Origin: Candidatus Methylomirabilis sp.
GTDB taxonomy: Bacteria > Methylomirabilota > Methylomirabilia > Methylomirabilales > Methylomirabilaceae
Assembly (NCBI GenBank): GCA_041498975.1
Contig: JBGQJI010000027.1
Location: 1 to 25,028 of the forward strand
Direction of reading: 5' to 3'
Length of the DNA: 25,028 bases
Shown here: positions 22,671-25,028 of the stretch, one piece after another
Position numbering within the stretch: the stretch's first letter is position 1
How the letters are laid out: every line of letters begins with the position of its first letter
The notes under the pieces: generated by a model
Database searches by the model: none
What the model was told of the DNA's origin: nothing
Seen by the model: the letters and a program-made list of their open reading frames with translations, nothing else
Position numbers and translations under genes: made by a program

Positions 22671-24836
22671 CTATTTGTGCCCCGTCAACGCGATGGTGAA
22701 CCCGCAACCCGGCGGCGCCCCCAGGTTCGCCGGCAGGGTCCCGGTCGCGTTGATGGTGAGGGTATTCCCGGAGACCGATCCGGTGAACGTCCCGGTGACG
22801 GGGATCGATTGACCAAGCGCACTGATAGTAAGCGTGAACGATCCACTCAGTTGGTTGTTTGCACCCACCGTCCCATTCGTCAAATTTATCGTGGCTTGTA
22901 TTGGTGTGTTCGAGGAGGTTATGTTGGCGGTCCCGGAGCCGGTAAACGTGCTGCCGGTCTGGGTGATCGTCAGGTTAAACGCCGGCGTGACCTGGATCGA
23001 CACCGGGGGGTTGCCACAGGCACTCGTCGAGGTCGCTGTCCCGATCGTCGAGTAAACGCCGCTGATGCCGCCGCCGGGGGGCCCTGAGTTGAACGCTGCC
23101 GTCACCGACTTAGCGCTGGTCACGTTGCTGAGCGTGCAGGTCAAGGCCGTCCCGAAGGCAGCGCAGTCCCCGCCCCAACCGCCGAAGGTGGTGCCGCCAG
23201 TCCCAGTGGCCGTCAGGATCACGGTCGTGCCACTCGCGAAGTTCCCGGTGCAGGTCCCGGGGCAGTTGATCCCCGCTGGGCTGCTCGTCACGGTCCCAGG
23301 TAAGCTGTCCGCGATCGAGACCGTGATGGTAACGGTACTGCCAGGCGGTGGGAAGACCTGATTCAGCTTATCCTGGAACTCTTGCGACCCCGCGAATTGC
23401 GCCGCAAGCTGATCCCTTTTCGCGTCCGTATCCGGAATGAGGGCGCCCACGAAGCTCGCGAGGCCGCCGCAGTCGGGCGGGCGACCCAGGTAGACCAGGT
23501 AGAGCGAGCTCACGAACTCGACGGGCGTCTTCCTGGGGTTCGTGAACTCGTTCGAGTGGAGGAACTGGGTGATCGTGGAGGGGGCGGTGCCGCGCGTGAG
23601 CTGGTTGAGGAAGGACTGGAAGCCGGCCGGGTCCGGGGGGCGGTTGAGCGTCCAGGCGAAAATCTCCGCCAGGAAGGGGACGCGGAGATCGGCGACTTGG
23701 AGGGGGGGGATGAGGCTCTTGAACTCGTCCGAGAAACTCAGGGCGGCGATGAGGGTGTCACGGGTGCGGCAGCCGGTCTGCAGCAGCGCCAGGAAGGAGG
23801 CGAGACCGGCCGGGTCGGGGTCGCGGTTGAGGAAGGTACGGTAGAGGACCGTCAGGAACTGCACGTTATTGAGGTTCTGGTTCAGGAACTCCTGCGACTT
23901 GAAGAAGGCCAGGACGGTCGGGATGACCGTGCCGAAGGTCTCGATCTGCTGGACGAAGGCCTGCAAGCCGGCCGGGTCGGCTTGACGACCCAGCACCTGC
24001 TGGTAGAGGCGCTCGACGAAGTCGGAGACGTCGCCTCCCCCCCCTCCTCCTGTCTGGAAGGAAGCGGTGACGGTGAAGGACTGCGTTCCCGGGGCCGGGT
24101 CAAACCCAAACACGGTGATGAACCACGTCCCCGACTGCGGGTTGGCGAACAACCCGATGTTTCCCGACTCGTTGGGGTCTGGGCAGGTTTCATTCCCGCT
24201 TTCTGTGAACGGCCGGCAGTCATATTGATTCTCGTTGGGAAGCTGGCCAAACCGCACGTAGAGATCGACGTCCCCGGTCGCATTGGTGGTAGTGACCGTG
24301 AGATTCGTAGCGCCTGCTGGGACCTCTAAAGAGAAGTCCCTGATGCCAAGATGTTGGACCGTGCTGTTGACGGGCACACCGTTCGTGAGCGGAACCGGGT
24401 TGCCTCCGCCTCCTCCTGTCTGGAACGTAGCGGTGACTGTGAAGGAGTTGGTTCCCGGGTCAAATCCTATAGCGCTAATGAACCATGTCCCCGCCGGCGG
24501 GTTGGAGATTGTGCAGATTTCATTATCGGTGTTGAGATTTTGACTCGTGCAGGTGAAGTCATTCGTCTCCGGAAGTTGGTTAAACTTGACGAAGAGATCG
24601 ACATCTCCTGAGAGATTGGTGAGGGTGACAGTAAGCTGCGTGGCACCAGGTGGAACGACTATGGAGAAGTCCGTAAAAAAATTCTGCTGGGCAGTGCTAT
24701 TGACCGGCACGCCGTTCGTGAGCGGGGTCGTCACTGCCCAGGCCGTCGGAAGGGGACCCACCATCACGCCGAGCGTCGCCGCAAATACGGCGATGCTCAG
24801 GACCCACAGACCAAGACCTCTGTGCCGACCGGTCAT
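22671..24836 (-). CDS. Secreted multidomain surface protein: signal peptide, 2x PPC-like domains, DUF4214-like repeats, Ig-like (Flg_new/InlB B-repeat-like) domain, beta-rich C-terminus
   Basis: SD GAGGGGAGG before ATG 24836; signal peptide ending AWA; two GDVDL(F/Y)V...GTWFI domains; repeated LYxxxLxRxxDxxG...F..S.EF units; GTVTSSPAGINC...FGGWGGDC. Confidence 0.85.
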   Translation of the reverse strand: MTGRHRGLGLWVLSIAVFAATLGVMVGPLPTAWAVTTPLTNGVPVNSTAQQNFFTDFSIVVPPGATQLTVTLTNLSGDVDLFVKFNQLPETNDFTCTSQNLNTDNEICTISNPPAGTWFISAIGFDPGTNSFTVTATFQTGGGGGNPVPLTNGVPVNSTVQHLGIRDFSLEVPAGATNLTVTTTNATGDVDLYVRFGQLPNENQYDCRPFTESGNETCPDPNESGNIGLFANPQSGTWFITVFGFDPAPGTQSFTVTASFQTGGGGGGDVSDFVERLYQQVLGRQADPAGLQAFVQQIETFGTVIPTVLAFFKSQEFLNQNLNNVQFLTVLYRTFLNRDPDPAGLASFLALLQTGCRTRDTLIAALSFSDEFKSLIPPLQVADLRVPFLAEIFAWTLNRPPDPAGFQSFLNQLTRGTAPSTITQFLHSNEFTNPRKTPVEFVSSLYLVYLGRPPDCGGLASFVGALIPDTDAKRDQLAAQFAGSQEFQDKLNQVFPPPGSTVTITVSIADSLPGTVTSSPAGINCPGTCTGNFASGTTVILTATGTGGTTFGGWGGDCAAFGTALTCTLSNVTSAKSVTAAFNSGPPGGGISGVYSTIGTATSTSACGNPPVSIQVTPAFNLTITQTGSTFTGSGTANITSSNTPIQATINLTNGTVGANNQLSGSFTLTISALGQSIPVTGTFTGSVSGNTLTINATGTLPANLGAPPGCGFTIALTGHK

Positions 24837-25028
24837 TACAGCCTCCCCTCCGCAGCCGCGGCGCAAATCACGGAACGGACTATGTGTGATGTAACGACTA
24901 CAAGTAATCCAGAAGCTCTTCACCCCGCCGGCAAATACAAGAAAGCGCCTGCCGCACCTGGATTCCCGGTGCAGGAGGCGCAGTCCTCTGTGCCTGGGGC
25001 ACCCGCCCTGTTGGGTGTCGCCGGGTCG

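Noticed and set aside
24043..24735. Diversity-generating retroelement TR/VR pair
   Set aside because: Both repeats are in-frame PPC domains, the differences are not adenine-specific, and no reverse transcriptase is present.
24881..24905. CRP/NtcA-type operator (tgtgatgtaacgactaca)
   Set aside because: Only half-sites match and the spacing does not fit either consensus.
22433..25028. Genomic island integrated at tRNA-Val
   Set aside because: The accessory-looking gene lies 5' of the tRNA; no integrase or duplicated tRNA 3' end is present in the window.

Overview
GC-rich bacterial chromosomal window, mostly housekeeping. The 16S V1 region and gene style tentatively suggest NC10/Methylomirabilota; this was not verified. 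From left to right: the 5' end of a 16S rRNA gene (- strand) with boxA/boxB-like leader and tandem promoters; tyrS (-); PBP1A (+); a 62-aa bacterial histone-fold gene (+) followed by about 350 nt of highly structured non-coding sequence; a Cys-rich hypothetical (-); a di-heme cytochrome c peroxidase/MauG-family gene (+); and a long minus-strand run read from the right end: secreted PPC/DUF4214 surface protein, tRNA-Val(GAC), thrS-infC-rpmI-rplT-pheS-pheT, zapB-like, zapA, 6S RNA, rny, ymdB-like, folD, hypothetical, DUF971, a Lys/Ala/Pro-rich H1-like protein and two tandem Zn-dependent dehydrogenases. The best candidates for novelty are the histone gene with its structured downstream RNA, a separate H1-like protein 5 kb away, and recurrent intergenic inverted heptamer-repeat hairpins. 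No CRISPR array, transposase or integrase was seen.
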